NCBI GenBank assembly: GCA_003252295.1
Contig: QKEV01000007.1
Coordinates: 9,632 to 73,631, forward strand
Reading direction: 5' to 3'
From: a bacterium
GTDB lineage: Bacteria; Patescibacteriota; Minisyncoccia; Phycocordibacterales; UBA12088
Length of the DNA stretch: 64,000 nt
The notes under the pieces were generated by a model. That model was not told the origin of the DNA. It searched no databases and was given only the letters and a program-made list of their open reading frames with translations. A program made the translations under genes and the position numbers. This document shows, in pieces, positions 9,957-19,858 of this stretch (position 1 is the first letter of the stretch; every line of letters starts with the position of its first letter).

Positions 9957-10571
9957 ATGAACGATATCCTCACAGAACTTACTGAGCTGTTACGAAAGTT
10001 GCCTGGTATTGGACCACGTCAGGCGCGTAGGCTCGCCCTCTGGCTTGTTCGCCAAGATAAGCAATGGGTGCAGGAGTTTGCTACTGCACTTACTGGTGCA
10101 CGTAGTTCGGTTTCAGTGTGTTCCTACTGTAAACGACTACATCCTGAAGGTGGTGCTCATATGCTCTGCTCGGTATGTAGGAGTGATGCACGCAATAGCC
10201 ACCTCCTCATGCTTGTTGAAAAGGATGTAGATCTAGAAAATATTGAAAAAACAGGTGCGTACAGTGGGAGGTATTTTGTGCTTGGTGGTACTACCAGTCC
10301 TCTTGATAAAGAACCAGACAGAAAGGTTCGGATTCGAGAATTGCAGCAACTCTTAACTGAAAAAGGTTCACCAGTTGAGGAAATCATTTTTGCGCTTTCT
10401 GCAACAACTGAGGGTGAGGATACCGTACTGTACCTTGAGGGTGCGCTCAAGAATGTAGTAAAGGATAACGATATTAAACTTACAAAGCTAGGACGTGGGC
10501 TCTCAACAGGTACTGAGCTTGAGTATGTAGACAGAGATACAATGAGTTACGCACTGAAGGGTCGTGCTTAA
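9957..10571 (+). CDS. recR: Recombination protein RecR
   Basis: HhH motif (LPGIGPRQARRLA), C4 zinc finger (CSYC...CSVC) and Toprim domain. Confidence 0.95.
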   Translation: MNDILTELTELLRKLPGIGPRQARRLALWLVRQDKQWVQEFATALTGARSSVSVCSYCKRLHPEGGAHMLCSVCRSDARNSHLLMLVEKDVDLENIEKTGAYSGRYFVLGGTTSPLDKEPDRKVRIRELQQLLTEKGSPVEEIIFALSATTEGEDTVLYLEGALKNVVKDNDIKLTKLGRGLSTGTELEYVDRDTMSYALKGRA

Positions 10572-10576
10572 GCGTG

Positions 10577-12415
10577 TTACTCATCTGTATCCTGATCAAA
10601 CGTTACAACATTTGACGGTCGCAGAGGTGCATCCTGTGAAAAGCCGCGAAGGGCTCCTGAGTAGTACGCAAAGAGTTGTAGTGGAATATTCGCAAGTATT
10701 GGCGAGAAGCATTCTCTTGTGTCAGGGATAAAGATGACATCATCCGCGAAAGAGTATGCGTCCATGTTCCCTTCCGTGGTAATGGCAAGTATTGGTCCAC
10801 CTCGTTCTCGTATGAGTTCTACATCTTTACGCATAGCATCGTACACAGAATCACTCGGCATAATCGCTATCGTTGGAAATATCTCATTGAGCATAGCGAT
10901 TGGCCCATTCTTTACCTCTCCTGCAGGAAACGATTCCGCGTGTACGTAGGATACCTTTTTGAGCTTCAGTGCCCCTTCGTGCGCCGAGGCGATATTGTAC
11001 TTTCTGCCAATGAGAAGGAAGTCATCGTAACCAAGGTATTCTTCAGCTAGTTTCTTTATTTTTCTACGTTCTTTAAGTATGGTGCGAACCTTATCAGGCA
11101 GTTGCTTAATTTCAGCAATAAATTCAGCGCCACGAGCTTTACTGAGTCCACGTATTCGCGCAAGCTCCAATGTCATGAGAGCAAGTACCTCTATTTGACT
11201 AATGTACCCTTTTGTTGACCTTACACCTTGCTCAGGACCCGCATGGTTATACATACCTGTGTCTACCATTTTAGAAATAGTACTTCCTACGACATTTACG
11301 AGACCATACGTGCGTATACCAGCCTTTTTTGCAATTGCGAGAGAGTCAATGATGTCTGGGGTTTCTCCTGATTGGGAAAGTCCGAGAACAATGGTTCCAT
11401 CCTGTGCCTCCATAACCTTACGGTTTATAAATTCTGAACCATACACGACCTCAACAGGGATTTTGACGTAGTCCTCGAGCATGAGTTTGCCGATGAGCCC
11501 AGCATAGTATGATGAACCACATCCGACAATAATGAGACGCTTCAATTCACTTAGTTCTTTCATGTGTTCATCCAGTCCACCAAAACGCGCTGTTCCCTCC
11601 TGCATGATGACACGACCACGTGCGCTATTCTCAAGTACTCGAGGTAGTTCAAGAATGTCCTTCATCATATTGTGAGGTACATCTTTTCGCAAAGCAGTTT
11701 CTTTTGCTATATCTATAGTTTTTGGCTTGCGTGATAGCTTCTCGTGATCGAATGAGTATATGGTGTACCCTTGAGGGGTAACGATGGCGTACTCGCCGTC
11801 TCTCAGTTGTACGACATTACTGGTATGTCGGAGCATTGGTGCGGTTTCAGAAGCGATGATGTATTCACCATCTTTGATACCTATCGACATTTTGTTGCCC
11901 ATGCTTGCAATAACAATAGTGTCAGGCAGATTGCTAAACATGACCGCCAAGCCATAGGTGCCAACTACTTTCTCAAGTGCCTTTGCAACTGCATTGTGTG
12001 GTTTTAGACATTTTTCATACTCATCAGCAATAAGGTGTGCGAGTATCTCAGAATCAGTTTCAGATGTAAATATGTGACCTTTTTCTTGAAGCTCTTGTCG
12101 TAGCTCATCATGGTTTTCGATCATGCCGTTATGAACGATCCAGACATTTTTGTTAGTGTCAGTGAGAGGGTGTGTGTTTTCAAGACTTGGTACACCATGT
12201 GTTGCCCAACGAATATGTGCTATTCCTGCAGTACTTACGAGGTTGTCAGGTAGTATATCGACAAGACCTTCAACTTTGCCGACATTTTTATATGGACCAC
12301 TCAAAGGAAGGTATATACCAACAGAATCATACCCTTTGTACTCAACTGAACGTAATCCATCAAGGAGAATTGGAATTGCGGGTTTATACCCTGTGTAACC
12401 TACGATTGCACACAT
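10577..12415 (-). CDS. glmS: Glutamine--fructose-6-phosphate aminotransferase (GlcN-6-P synthase)
   Basis: N-terminal MCAIVGY (Cys1 nucleophile), a glutaminase domain, two SIS domains and the C-terminal ...DQDTDE; 612 aa. Confidence 0.95.
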   Translation of the reverse strand: MCAIVGYTGYKPAIPILLDGLRSVEYKGYDSVGIYLPLSGPYKNVGKVEGLVDILPDNLVSTAGIAHIRWATHGVPSLENTHPLTDTNKNVWIVHNGMIENHDELRQELQEKGHIFTSETDSEILAHLIADEYEKCLKPHNAVAKALEKVVGTYGLAVMFSNLPDTIVIASMGNKMSIGIKDGEYIIASETAPMLRHTSNVVQLRDGEYAIVTPQGYTIYSFDHEKLSRKPKTIDIAKETALRKDVPHNMMKDILELPRVLENSARGRVIMQEGTARFGGLDEHMKELSELKRLIIVGCGSSYYAGLIGKLMLEDYVKIPVEVVYGSEFINRKVMEAQDGTIVLGLSQSGETPDIIDSLAIAKKAGIRTYGLVNVVGSTISKMVDTGMYNHAGPEQGVRSTKGYISQIEVLALMTLELARIRGLSKARGAEFIAEIKQLPDKVRTILKERRKIKKLAEEYLGYDDFLLIGRKYNIASAHEGALKLKKVSYVHAESFPAGEVKNGPIAMLNEIFPTIAIMPSDSVYDAMRKDVELIRERGGPILAITTEGNMDAYSFADDVIFIPDTRECFSPILANIPLQLFAYYSGALRGFSQDAPLRPSNVVTFDQDTDE

Positions 12416-12454
12416 ATGTTTAATTTTCAGGTATAGTACCAGTTTTTTTCTTTG

Positions 12455-12490
12455 ACAGAAATAAGGAAATAATGCAAAAAGGCCGCACTA
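12455..12490 (-). terminator. Putative terminator downstream of rplU (GC hairpin GGCCGC...GCGGTC, U-run)
   Basis: Short GC stem plus a U5 tract in the 86-nt rplU-glmS spacer; the pairing is imperfect. Confidence 0.35.
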
Positions 12491-12501
12491 AGGCGGTCTT
12501 C

Positions 12502-12816
12502 TTACTTGATTTTTTTAACAGAAACTTTTGAAAAAGCTTGTCGATGACCCATACGGCGCTTGTAACGACTCTTTGACTTGAACTTCTGAATGTAAAGCTT
12601 CTTACCCTTACCTGTTTCAACAAGATCAACTTCAACAGTTGCTCCAGAGATGTATGGTGTCCCTATTTTGGTAGTTTTACCATCATCTATAAGTAAAACC
12701 TTATCAAAAGTAACAGTATCGCCATCTTTATGATCTTTAAGTTTTTCAACTGAAAAGACATCACCTTCAGCGATCTTGTACTGTTTTCCTCCTGTTTCAA
12801 TTATTGCGAATGCCAT
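12502..12816 (-). CDS. rplU: 50S ribosomal protein L21
   Basis: MAFAIIETGGKQYKIAEGD... is a full-length L21 match. There is no Shine-Dalgarno motif in front of the ATG. Confidence 0.95.
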   Translation of the reverse strand: MAFAIIETGGKQYKIAEGDVFSVEKLKDHKDGDTVTFDKVLLIDDGKTTKIGTPYISGATVEVDLVETGKGKKLYIQKFKSKSRYKRRMGHRQAFSKVSVKKIK

Positions 12817-12857
12817 AACGGAAACAAGTATGCACTAAAAACAAGATTTTAGCAAGG

Positions 12858-12892
12858 AAAAAAAGAACCCCAGTGCCTGTGTTCTGGGGTTC
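12858..12892 (-). terminator. Attenuator-like intrinsic terminator hairpin in the rplU leader (9-bp stem GAACCCCAG / CTGGGGTTC followed by U7 on the - strand)
   Basis: Perfect stem with 10-nt loop and 7 consecutive U on the - strand, located about 45 nt upstream of the rplU ATG. Confidence 0.55.
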
Positions 12893-13009
12893 AAAAGAAT
12901 GCATCATCTGCGGAGGTTATGTTTAGATGAGGTGGAAAACAATGAAGTTGTTAAGACAGTTACAGGCATTGGCAAAGGTGTACAGTGCTCCACAGGTGAT
13001 TCTGAGGTA

Positions 13010-13038
13010 ATTAAAGCAGTAAGAAATAGTATTGTCAA
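13010..13038 (-). promoter_or_regulatory. Sigma-70-type promoter (TTGACA-17 bp-TTTAAT) driving the rplU leader
   Basis: Consensus -35 with a 17-bp spacer and a 5/6 -10, read on the - strand, about 190 nt upstream of the rplU start. Confidence 0.45.
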
Positions 13039-13044
13039 TCAAAT

Positions 13045-13098
13045 TAGGTTGGTAAAAAACATATAACAAAACCGACCATTGTGCTCATATGGTCGGTT
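13045..13098 (-). terminator. Intrinsic terminator (10-bp perfect stem AACCGACCAT / ATGGTCGGTT plus a U-rich tail on the - strand)
   Basis: Read directly. It ends the transcript of rmuC and/or the 35-codon ORF that lies immediately upstream on the - strand. Confidence 0.55.
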
Positions 13099-13306
13099 AA
13101 TAGGTTTCAGCTTTTTGTCATGCTGATACATGACTGCGGCCACATGTGTGGTGAGTGCTGCGGAGGTGTGATACGGGTGGTTTTCAAGTTCAGCAATTTC
13201 CAAGTTTTGAGCACAAGTGTACCTCCTTCCTCATACCGCTTTTTCCTTTACTACACAAACAGGAACGCCAGTTCCACTATTAGGTATAACACTAGCAGAA
13301 TGATTG

Positions 13307-14356
13307 TCAATCGTCTTCTTTTTGTGGTTTTTCAAGTGAAAGTTTTTCAATCTCAGGAGAGGTTCCAGTAATACGCAAAACATCTTTGTCAATTTTACCG
13401 AGTTCACGTCCACCAGCGTTGTAGTGATTTACAACAGTGCCAAGGGTAGTTCCTAGTTTTAGGTAGTACTCATTGTAAGCGTTCATGTGGCGTCCAAGTT
13501 CTTCTACGCGTTTACGTATCTCTTTTGCACTTTCTTCTATCTCAAGAGCACGTAGTCCCTGTAGGACCGTTTGTAGGTACGCTAGGAAACTTGTTGGAGA
13601 GACAATGATAACTTTTTTATCTTTAAAAGCGTACTCAATGAGATCACGAGAATTTATGGTGCCGACACTACCGACAAGAAGGTCATAGTAAATACCTTCC
13701 GATGGAATGAACATGAAGGCAAAATCCATAGTGTTTTCAGTTGGACGAATATACTTACTCGTCTCGTCGATACGGTTCTTGAGATCCTGTTTGAACACCT
13801 TCTGTAATTTTTCTTTTTCTTGTGGATCGTCAGTTTCAATGAGTCGATTATAGTTCTCAAGTGAGAACTTTGAATCAATAGGAAGTATTTTTTCTTTTTC
13901 CAGATGTATGACAGCATCTACTATCTCACCATCGGAAAAACCGTATTGCATGGTGTAGCGGTCAGGGGGAAGCACATTCTTGAGTACTGATTCAAGATAG
14001 TACTCACCAAGTACACCACGTTGCTTAGGGTTTTTAAGGATGTTCTGGAGGTTCTGTAGTTCGTCTGCGTACGATATGACCTGCTTGTTGGTCTCATCAA
14101 GTTTTGTGAGACCAGTTGTTACCTCTCGTATAAGCTTTGATGATTCTGAGAGCTGGTTTTGTATTGAACTTTGTACCTGTTTTGAGTTTTCGTTGAGACG
14201 AGTATCAAGAGTTCGTGTTATTTCTTGAAGTTGCTGCTGTAGCATGAGTGCCTCGTTTCCATTGGTATTGTTTTTTGGTTGCTTCAATGTAAACCAAATA
14301 AGTACACCATTTATGATAAGGAGTACTAGTAATGCAATTCCTAAGTATAGTTCCAT
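13307..14356 (-). CDS. rmuC: DNA recombination protein RmuC
   Basis: N-terminal TM, a long coiled coil and the C-terminal RmuC nuclease-like domain (…FMFIPSEGIYYDLL…). Confidence 0.85.
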   Translation of the reverse strand: MELYLGIALLVLLIINGVLIWFTLKQPKNNTNGNEALMLQQQLQEITRTLDTRLNENSKQVQSSIQNQLSESSKLIREVTTGLTKLDETNKQVISYADELQNLQNILKNPKQRGVLGEYYLESVLKNVLPPDRYTMQYGFSDGEIVDAVIHLEKEKILPIDSKFSLENYNRLIETDDPQEKEKLQKVFKQDLKNRIDETSKYIRPTENTMDFAFMFIPSEGIYYDLLVGSVGTINSRDLIEYAFKDKKVIIVSPTSFLAYLQTVLQGLRALEIEESAKEIRKRVEELGRHMNAYNEYYLKLGTTLGTVVNHYNAGGRELGKIDKDVLRITGTSPEIEKLSLEKPQKEDD

Positions 14357-14392
14357 AGTTAGTATAGTAATCTACACCCCTAAAGGTGCAAG

Positions 14393-17110
14393 TTATGAAA
14401 GTAGTGTTTTCTTTTGTGCACGTATGAAGTCACGTTCAAAAAAGAAAAACTTTATGATTTCGATAGTTAATAGGTTTGCCACTCCAACCCCAATGAGTAG
14501 GGTTATCTCACCACTTGTAAGCGCTGTGGTCGAGAGAAGTATCATGAGTGGACTCCAGGTAAGGGCGAGTATGAGAAGGATGATGCTAACAACAAGCGCT
14601 GAAAGAAGGTATTTGTTTGAAAAGATGTTTATTTTCCAGATAGGTGTATCGAACGACTTGAGCGAGAAGCTGAAGAAGATTGCATCGAGTGAAAGACAGG
14701 CAAACATAATGGTGCGAAGCTCATCTTCAGGGATGTTGGTCTGTATGAGCCATAGGTAAATGCCAACAAGGAGAATGCCAGTTACCACAGAGACAAGAAT
14801 TATGAGCCTACGTAGCTTTGGTGTCAGGATACTCTTTGCACGTGCACTTCGTGGGTCACGCTTCATAGCATGAGGATCATGCCCTTCAAAAGCAAAGGAG
14901 AAACTCATGAGACCTTCTTCGACAATGTTTGCCCAGAGTATCTGTGCAGGCACGAGAGGGATAGGTCCGCCAACAATGAGTGCTCCACCAATAACAAATA
15001 TCTCACTAAATGATGTTGATAGAAGATATGCAACGATCTTTTTTAGGTTATCAATGATACGTCGTCCTTCTTCAATAGCAGCAACGATAATAGAAAAACT
15101 ATTATCAATGAGTACCAGATCGCTTGCCTCCTTTGCTACTTCTGTACCAGAACCCACTGAAACACCGATGCTTGCTGCACGAAGAGCTGGTGCATCATTG
15201 ATACCATCTCCTGTCATAGCTACTACTTCCCCATTATTCTTGAGCACCTGTGCTATACGAAGTTTATGTGCAGGTGTGGCTCGTGCTATGACACGAACTG
15301 TTTGCAGTTTTGTGTACAGTTCATTGTTGTTCAACTCCTCTATTTCATTGCCCCGAATAACAAGTGCATCACCTGGTTGTGTAATGTGTACCTGCTCTGC
15401 TATGTAGCTTGCTGTTTCTGGGTTATCACCGGTGAGCATGATGACATGGGCACCAGCGTTTTTTACACTCTCTATCGCAACTGAAACATCACTACGTACA
15501 GGGTCTTCAAAAGCAAGAAAACCAGCAAAAATAATACCCTTAAGCAGTTCAGGTGTTTCTGAGTCTGACTCTGGTATTTCATCAATACTTGCATCACGAT
15601 AGGTAATGCAGATGAGTCGCTTGCCTTGCTTTGTGTTTTCTTCAAGTGTCGCTAAAAGTTTCTTTTTTTCTGAAGCTGTTGCTTTTACCCGTTTACCATC
15701 AATACGCACAAATTGTGCGGCGTTCAAAAGTTTTTCAGGTTCGCCACTTACGATGAGGCGATTAGTTTTCTTTTTTGGGTTTTTGTGAAGTGAGGCCCCG
15801 AAGCGACGAGTTGAGGTAAACTGAAGATAATCAAGACGTGCACACTCCTCAAGAAGTTGCTCTTGCGTAACACCAGCCTCAAGGCCTGACATGACGACCG
15901 CTTTCTCAATAGGCCTGCCGTGTACGGTGAGTTTGCCAGGAGCATCTTCAGCTTCTTCGATGAACGCATCACTCATGAGTACAGCGAGCTCTAAGAGGAA
16001 CTTGTTGTCATCAAGTGGAACAATCTTTTTGTCACGAATACCTGAGAAGCTGTAGAGTCCTGTAAGCTTCATCTTTGCCTCGGTAAGCGTACCAGTCTTG
16101 TCGGTGAGGATCACCGTTGTTGCCCCAAGTGTTTCTGCTGCAAGTAGGTTTCGAACGAGTCCACCTCGTTTCAGTATGGCCTCCATTCCTATCGCAAGCA
16201 CAACGGTCACTGCCGCAGGAAGACCTGATGGTATTGTGGCAACAGCAACAGCTATAGCAATAAGTATTATATCAATAAGATCAACACCTCTCACAACACC
16301 GAGGAGCGCTATGATGAGAATAGTTGCTGCTACTACATATGAGAGAAAATGTGCCACCTTCTGGATGTTTTTCTGGAGTGGTGTTACCTGCTCTTCTATA
16401 GAGCCAAGTGAGAGTGCTATTTTACCTATTTCCGTACTGCTGCCAGTTGCAACTACGAGACCTTTTCCGTATCCGGACTCAATGAGTGTCCCCATCCATG
16501 CCATGTTGTGACGTTCTGCCAGTGGTGCATCTAGTTCAGCTATTTTTTCTGAAGATTTTGCAACTGCAAGCCATTCACCAGTGAGGGCAGCCTCGTTTAT
16601 TTTTAGGTCTTTTTCTTCAATGATGCGAATATCAGCTGGTACAAAGTATCCTCCTTGCAAGATGAGTACGTCACCCGGAACGAGGTTTTCAGCAAGAATG
16701 TTTTGCTGTTTTCCTTCACGAACAACAAGTGCATGACGTTCTTGGCTTGCGTTCAATTTTTCAAACGCTTTGTTTGCACGCTCTTCTTGTAGTGTTCCAA
16801 TAATGACGTTTATGAGTACCGCTAAAAAGATGACGAGTGAATCAATGTATGAGTCTATGTACTCAAGTTTGTAGAGAAGCAGTGTGATAATACCTGCACA
16901 CAAGAGAATAAGAACCAGAGAGCTCTTGAATTGGTTGAGTACCTTGTCAGTCAGTGTTGTTTCTTTTCCTCCAACAAGGGTATTTTTTTCGTATAAGGTG
17001 CTCCTACGCTCAACCTCATCGTGCGTGAGACCAGTTTCAAAATTTGAGGCAAGAAGTCTTCGTACTTCGTCGACAGACATGCCTTCCCATGCTTTATGTG
17101 AAGGATCCAT
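14393..17110 (-). CDS. P-type cation-transporting ATPase (P2-type, Ca2+-ATPase-like)
   Basis: TGES-type actuator motif, DKTGTLT phosphorylation motif, TGDGINDAPAL and 10 TM; 905 aa. Confidence 0.9.
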   Translation of the reverse strand: MDPSHKAWEGMSVDEVRRLLASNFETGLTHDEVERRSTLYEKNTLVGGKETTLTDKVLNQFKSSLVLILLCAGIITLLLYKLEYIDSYIDSLVIFLAVLINVIIGTLQEERANKAFEKLNASQERHALVVREGKQQNILAENLVPGDVLILQGGYFVPADIRIIEEKDLKINEAALTGEWLAVAKSSEKIAELDAPLAERHNMAWMGTLIESGYGKGLVVATGSSTEIGKIALSLGSIEEQVTPLQKNIQKVAHFLSYVVAATILIIALLGVVRGVDLIDIILIAIAVAVATIPSGLPAAVTVVLAIGMEAILKRGGLVRNLLAAETLGATTVILTDKTGTLTEAKMKLTGLYSFSGIRDKKIVPLDDNKFLLELAVLMSDAFIEEAEDAPGKLTVHGRPIEKAVVMSGLEAGVTQEQLLEECARLDYLQFTSTRRFGASLHKNPKKKTNRLIVSGEPEKLLNAAQFVRIDGKRVKATASEKKKLLATLEENTKQGKRLICITYRDASIDEIPESDSETPELLKGIIFAGFLAFEDPVRSDVSVAIESVKNAGAHVIMLTGDNPETASYIAEQVHITQPGDALVIRGNEIEELNNNELYTKLQTVRVIARATPAHKLRIAQVLKNNGEVVAMTGDGINDAPALRAASIGVSVGSGTEVAKEASDLVLIDNSFSIIVAAIEEGRRIIDNLKKIVAYLLSTSFSEIFVIGGALIVGGPIPLVPAQILWANIVEEGLMSFSFAFEGHDPHAMKRDPRSARAKSILTPKLRRLIILVSVVTGILLVGIYLWLIQTNIPEDELRTIMFACLSLDAIFFSFSLKSFDTPIWKINIFSNKYLLSALVVSIILLILALTWSPLMILLSTTALTSGEITLLIGVGVANLLTIEIIKFFFFERDFIRAQKKTLLS

Positions 17111-17226
17111 TCTTAAAGTATACTTTGAGCACGTTCTCTTCTAAAGTCTAAAGCGTAAAAACCTGTGAATTGTAAACACGTTTCGTTTGTATTTTTTTTG
17201 AGCATGGTATAATTCACAAATAAAAT

Positions 17227-17682
17227 ATGTCATTGCAAAAGAAAATAAAAGAAGACATGGTAGCAGCGATGAAGGCAAAAGATGAGGTTGGTCTACGCTC
17301 ACTTCGCATGCTTGTCTCACTCTTTACTCAGGAGCTCACTGCGACCAAGAGGACACCTCAAGATGAACTAACCGACGATGAGGTGCTCGGACTCATTAAG
17401 CGTTCATTGAAGCAGCGGCGTGAGGCTGCTGCGCAGTTTCGTGATGGTAAACGTGAGGATTTAGCAGCAAAAGAGGAAGAAGAAGCTGTTATTTTTGAAG
17501 CATACCTACCTGCTCAGCTTGATGAGGCAGCAATTATGGCAACGGTCCAGAAAAAGATGGATGAGCTCGATGTTCATGATAAGTCAGGTATGGGCAAACT
17601 TATGGGTGCGGTGATGGGAGAGTTGAAAGGTCAGGCAGATGGTGCGATAGTAAAGGAAGTCATTGAGAAACTTTTAGTATAA
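17227..17682 (+). CDS. GatB/YqeY domain protein
   Basis: Full-length similarity to the YqeY family (151 aa). Confidence 0.8.
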   Translation: MSLQKKIKEDMVAAMKAKDEVGLRSLRMLVSLFTQELTATKRTPQDELTDDEVLGLIKRSLKQRREAAAQFRDGKREDLAAKEEEEAVIFEAYLPAQLDEAAIMATVQKKMDELDVHDKSGMGKLMGAVMGELKGQADGAIVKEVIEKLLV

Positions 17683-17686
17683 ATAT

Positions 17687-18091
17687 ATGCCAGAAGGAGT
17701 ACCAAAAATGAATACACAGGAATCTAGCGAAAAAACCGTAGATAGGGATTCTGATCAATGGAAGAAAATTCAACGTGATACCAAGTCTTACTTTGGAAAG
17801 AATCAGCATGTGCTTGAGGAAGAGTACAAAGAAGAATTGAGAGCGGGAGATGTCACCTTTGATGAACTCCTTGAAAAGGAATCTGCAAGCATGGCAGACG
17901 CACTATTGGCAATGAAAAAACGTCAGCAAATGTTAGAAAAAAAGGACGCTTTTCCAACTAGTATTGATGATGAGGCGAAAAAAGAACTGCGTAGACAGGC
18001 AGCTCAAGGTGGTCTCGGTGCTGAGTCAGCAAAGAGGGTACTTGGGATGTTTGAGCAACAAGAGAAAGGCAAGAAGAGACGTGATAACTAG
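17687..18091 (+). CDS. Hypothetical charged coiled-coil protein
   Basis: K/E-rich 134-aa ORF with its own start 5 nt after yqeY; I recognise no domain. Confidence 0.45.
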   Translation: MPEGVPKMNTQESSEKTVDRDSDQWKKIQRDTKSYFGKNQHVLEEEYKEELRAGDVTFDELLEKESASMADALLAMKKRQQMLEKKDAFPTSIDDEAKKELRRQAAQGGLGAESAKRVLGMFEQQEKGKKRRDN

Positions 18092-18759
18092 TTCCTGAAA
18101 TTCAACTGTTCTATCTGTATAGCTTGTTCTAGACTAAACTCACCAACCTGTGTCCTGCACAGGTTGTTTAGTCTTGCAGGGTAGCCAAGGCGTTTGCCGA
18201 GTTCCTCTCCTAGTGAACGCACGTAGGTGCCAGATCCAACAGTAAACTCTATAGTGCAGTAGCAGCAACCATTCTTGTACTTGGGTGTATCGAGGAGTAC
18301 TGCTTTGTGTACCTCCATATCCCGCATGGGAGCGGTTACCTGCTCACCTCTACGTACTTTTTTATACAATGGCTCTCCACCACGCTTCATGGCACTGTAG
18401 AGTGATACAGGAAGGCGCAGTACACCATGTATGGTTGTAAGCACCTTCTCAATGTTTCCCCGTGTTACCTTTGAAGCATCTTTTTTTTCTACAATGGGTC
18501 CTTCAGCATCACCTGTGGTACTTTTCTCACCAATACATATTTCAGCAATATATACCTTGTCAGCGCCAATGTAGTGCTTGAGGAGCTTAGTTCCCTCACC
18601 CACACCAACAACCATGAGTCCGCTTGCGAGCGGGTCGAGTGTACCAGCATGACCAACTTTTCGCTCATGCATTCTTTTACGTACTTGCTGGACAAGTGTA
18701 AATGAGGTAATTTCCTTCGGTTTATGTAAGAGTAGTATTCCCTTTGGAGGTTCTTGCAT
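18088..18759 (-). CDS. truB: tRNA pseudouridine(55) synthase TruB
   Basis: GHAGTLDPLASG catalytic motif and a PUA-less short form of 223 aa. Confidence 0.9.
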   Translation of the reverse strand: MQEPPKGILLLHKPKEITSFTLVQQVRKRMHERKVGHAGTLDPLASGLMVVGVGEGTKLLKHYIGADKVYIAEICIGEKSTTGDAEGPIVEKKDASKVTRGNIEKVLTTIHGVLRLPVSLYSAMKRGGEPLYKKVRRGEQVTAPMRDMEVHKAVLLDTPKYKNGCCYCTIEFTVGSGTYVRSLGEELGKRLGYPARLNNLCRTQVGEFSLEQAIQIEQLNFRN

Positions 18760-18761
18760 GC

Positions 18762-19751
18762 CTACACATTACAGCAACTTGCAAAGATTTTCATCATGAA
18801 AAAGAAGTAAAGCATGAAGAACATGAGCCCTTCCCAACGGTAGAGTTTTCGTGCCAAACCCACAACAAGGAGTATTACTGAGGATGCGAGCAGTACCGGA
18901 TAACCAACAGTGAAGGTAACGGTATCGAGTGGTAGTGTTGCAAAGAGTCCAGGAATACCAACCGCAACGAGTATATTAAAGGCATTTGAGCCAAAAATAT
19001 TTCCTATTGCTATAGAAAGTTTGTTGGCACGGAGTGACTTGATGGATACCACAAGTTCAGGTAGTGAGGTACCAAGTGCTAACGCTGAAATAGTAATAAC
19101 GTCAGGTGCTATTGAGAGGAGTGTAGCTCCTTCGATAATGGTATCAACAACATACTTTGCACCAAGGATGAGACCCGCTAGGCCAATAATGAGGAGTAGG
19201 TATGGTTTGAGTACTGAGTAATGGTGAACTAATTGTAAAAAACCGTGACGTTCTTGTTGAATCTCTTCTTTTGCTGCTTCCACAACAATACCGCTCGAAT
19301 ACTCCTCTGAAAAAAGGTAGTAGAAGTAAATACAGAGCGTACCTACCAAGAGTACTGCTTCAGAAGCATGTATAGCACCATCGCGTACAGCAACCACAAA
19401 GAGTGCGCTTGATATGACAAAAAATGGTAACTCAGCACTCAAAAGATCTTTGTCGATAGTAAGTGAGCGACCAATAAATGCGAGCATACCGCCAATAAGT
19501 AGTATGTTTGCTATGTTTGAACCGATAGCGTTAGCAATGACCATACTTGGCTCATTTGCGAGCACTGCAAGAAGTGACGAGGTGAGTTCGGGTAGTGAGG
19601 TGCCAAAACCAACAATAACAACACCAATAGCAAAAGAAGAAAAGCCAAGTTGAAGACCAATGAGTTCTGCATTCTTAAGAAAAAGCTCCGCACCAACAAT
19701 CATGACTGCAGTTGCACAAGCAAATATAACTACCCATAGGAGTATTTCCAT
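18762..19751 (-). CDS. Na+/Ca2+ exchanger family antiporter (CaCA/YrbG-like)
   Basis: Two internal repeats, each carrying a GTSLPEL alpha-repeat motif, and 10 TM. Confidence 0.85.
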   Translation of the reverse strand: MEILLWVVIFACATAVMIVGAELFLKNAELIGLQLGFSSFAIGVVIVGFGTSLPELTSSLLAVLANEPSMVIANAIGSNIANILLIGGMLAFIGRSLTIDKDLLSAELPFFVISSALFVVAVRDGAIHASEAVLLVGTLCIYFYYLFSEEYSSGIVVEAAKEEIQQERHGFLQLVHHYSVLKPYLLLIIGLAGLILGAKYVVDTIIEGATLLSIAPDVITISALALGTSLPELVVSIKSLRANKLSIAIGNIFGSNAFNILVAVGIPGLFATLPLDTVTFTVGYPVLLASSVILLVVGLARKLYRWEGLMFFMLYFFFMMKIFASCCNV

Positions 19752-19858
19752 GCACCTATGCTACCGCAATGTGGGTGTATTCGCTATTGAGTAATACTCA
19801 GGTAACATGAAAGTGATATACTCAAACACAGAACGAGTACTTTTTTATGGGGTGAGAT

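Noticed and set aside
12416-12501. Possible glmS ribozyme upstream of glmS
   Set aside because: Only 86 bp separate glmS from rplU, which is too short for the ~150-nt ribozyme. The conserved core sequences are not visible; only a small GC hairpin is present, probably the rplU terminator.
13081-13413. Track ORFs 13081..13371 (+) and 13231..13413 (-)
   Set aside because: Their translations are low-complexity or Cys-rich nonsense, and they overlap the rmuC 3' end, the terminator and the rplU leader. They are considered non-coding.
14907-16511. Antisense ORFs inside the P-type ATPase genes (e.g. 14907..15407, 16098..16511, 59033..59704)
   Set aside because: They are typical shadow ORFs opposite long, well-supported genes, and their translations are Ser/Thr/Ala-rich without motifs.
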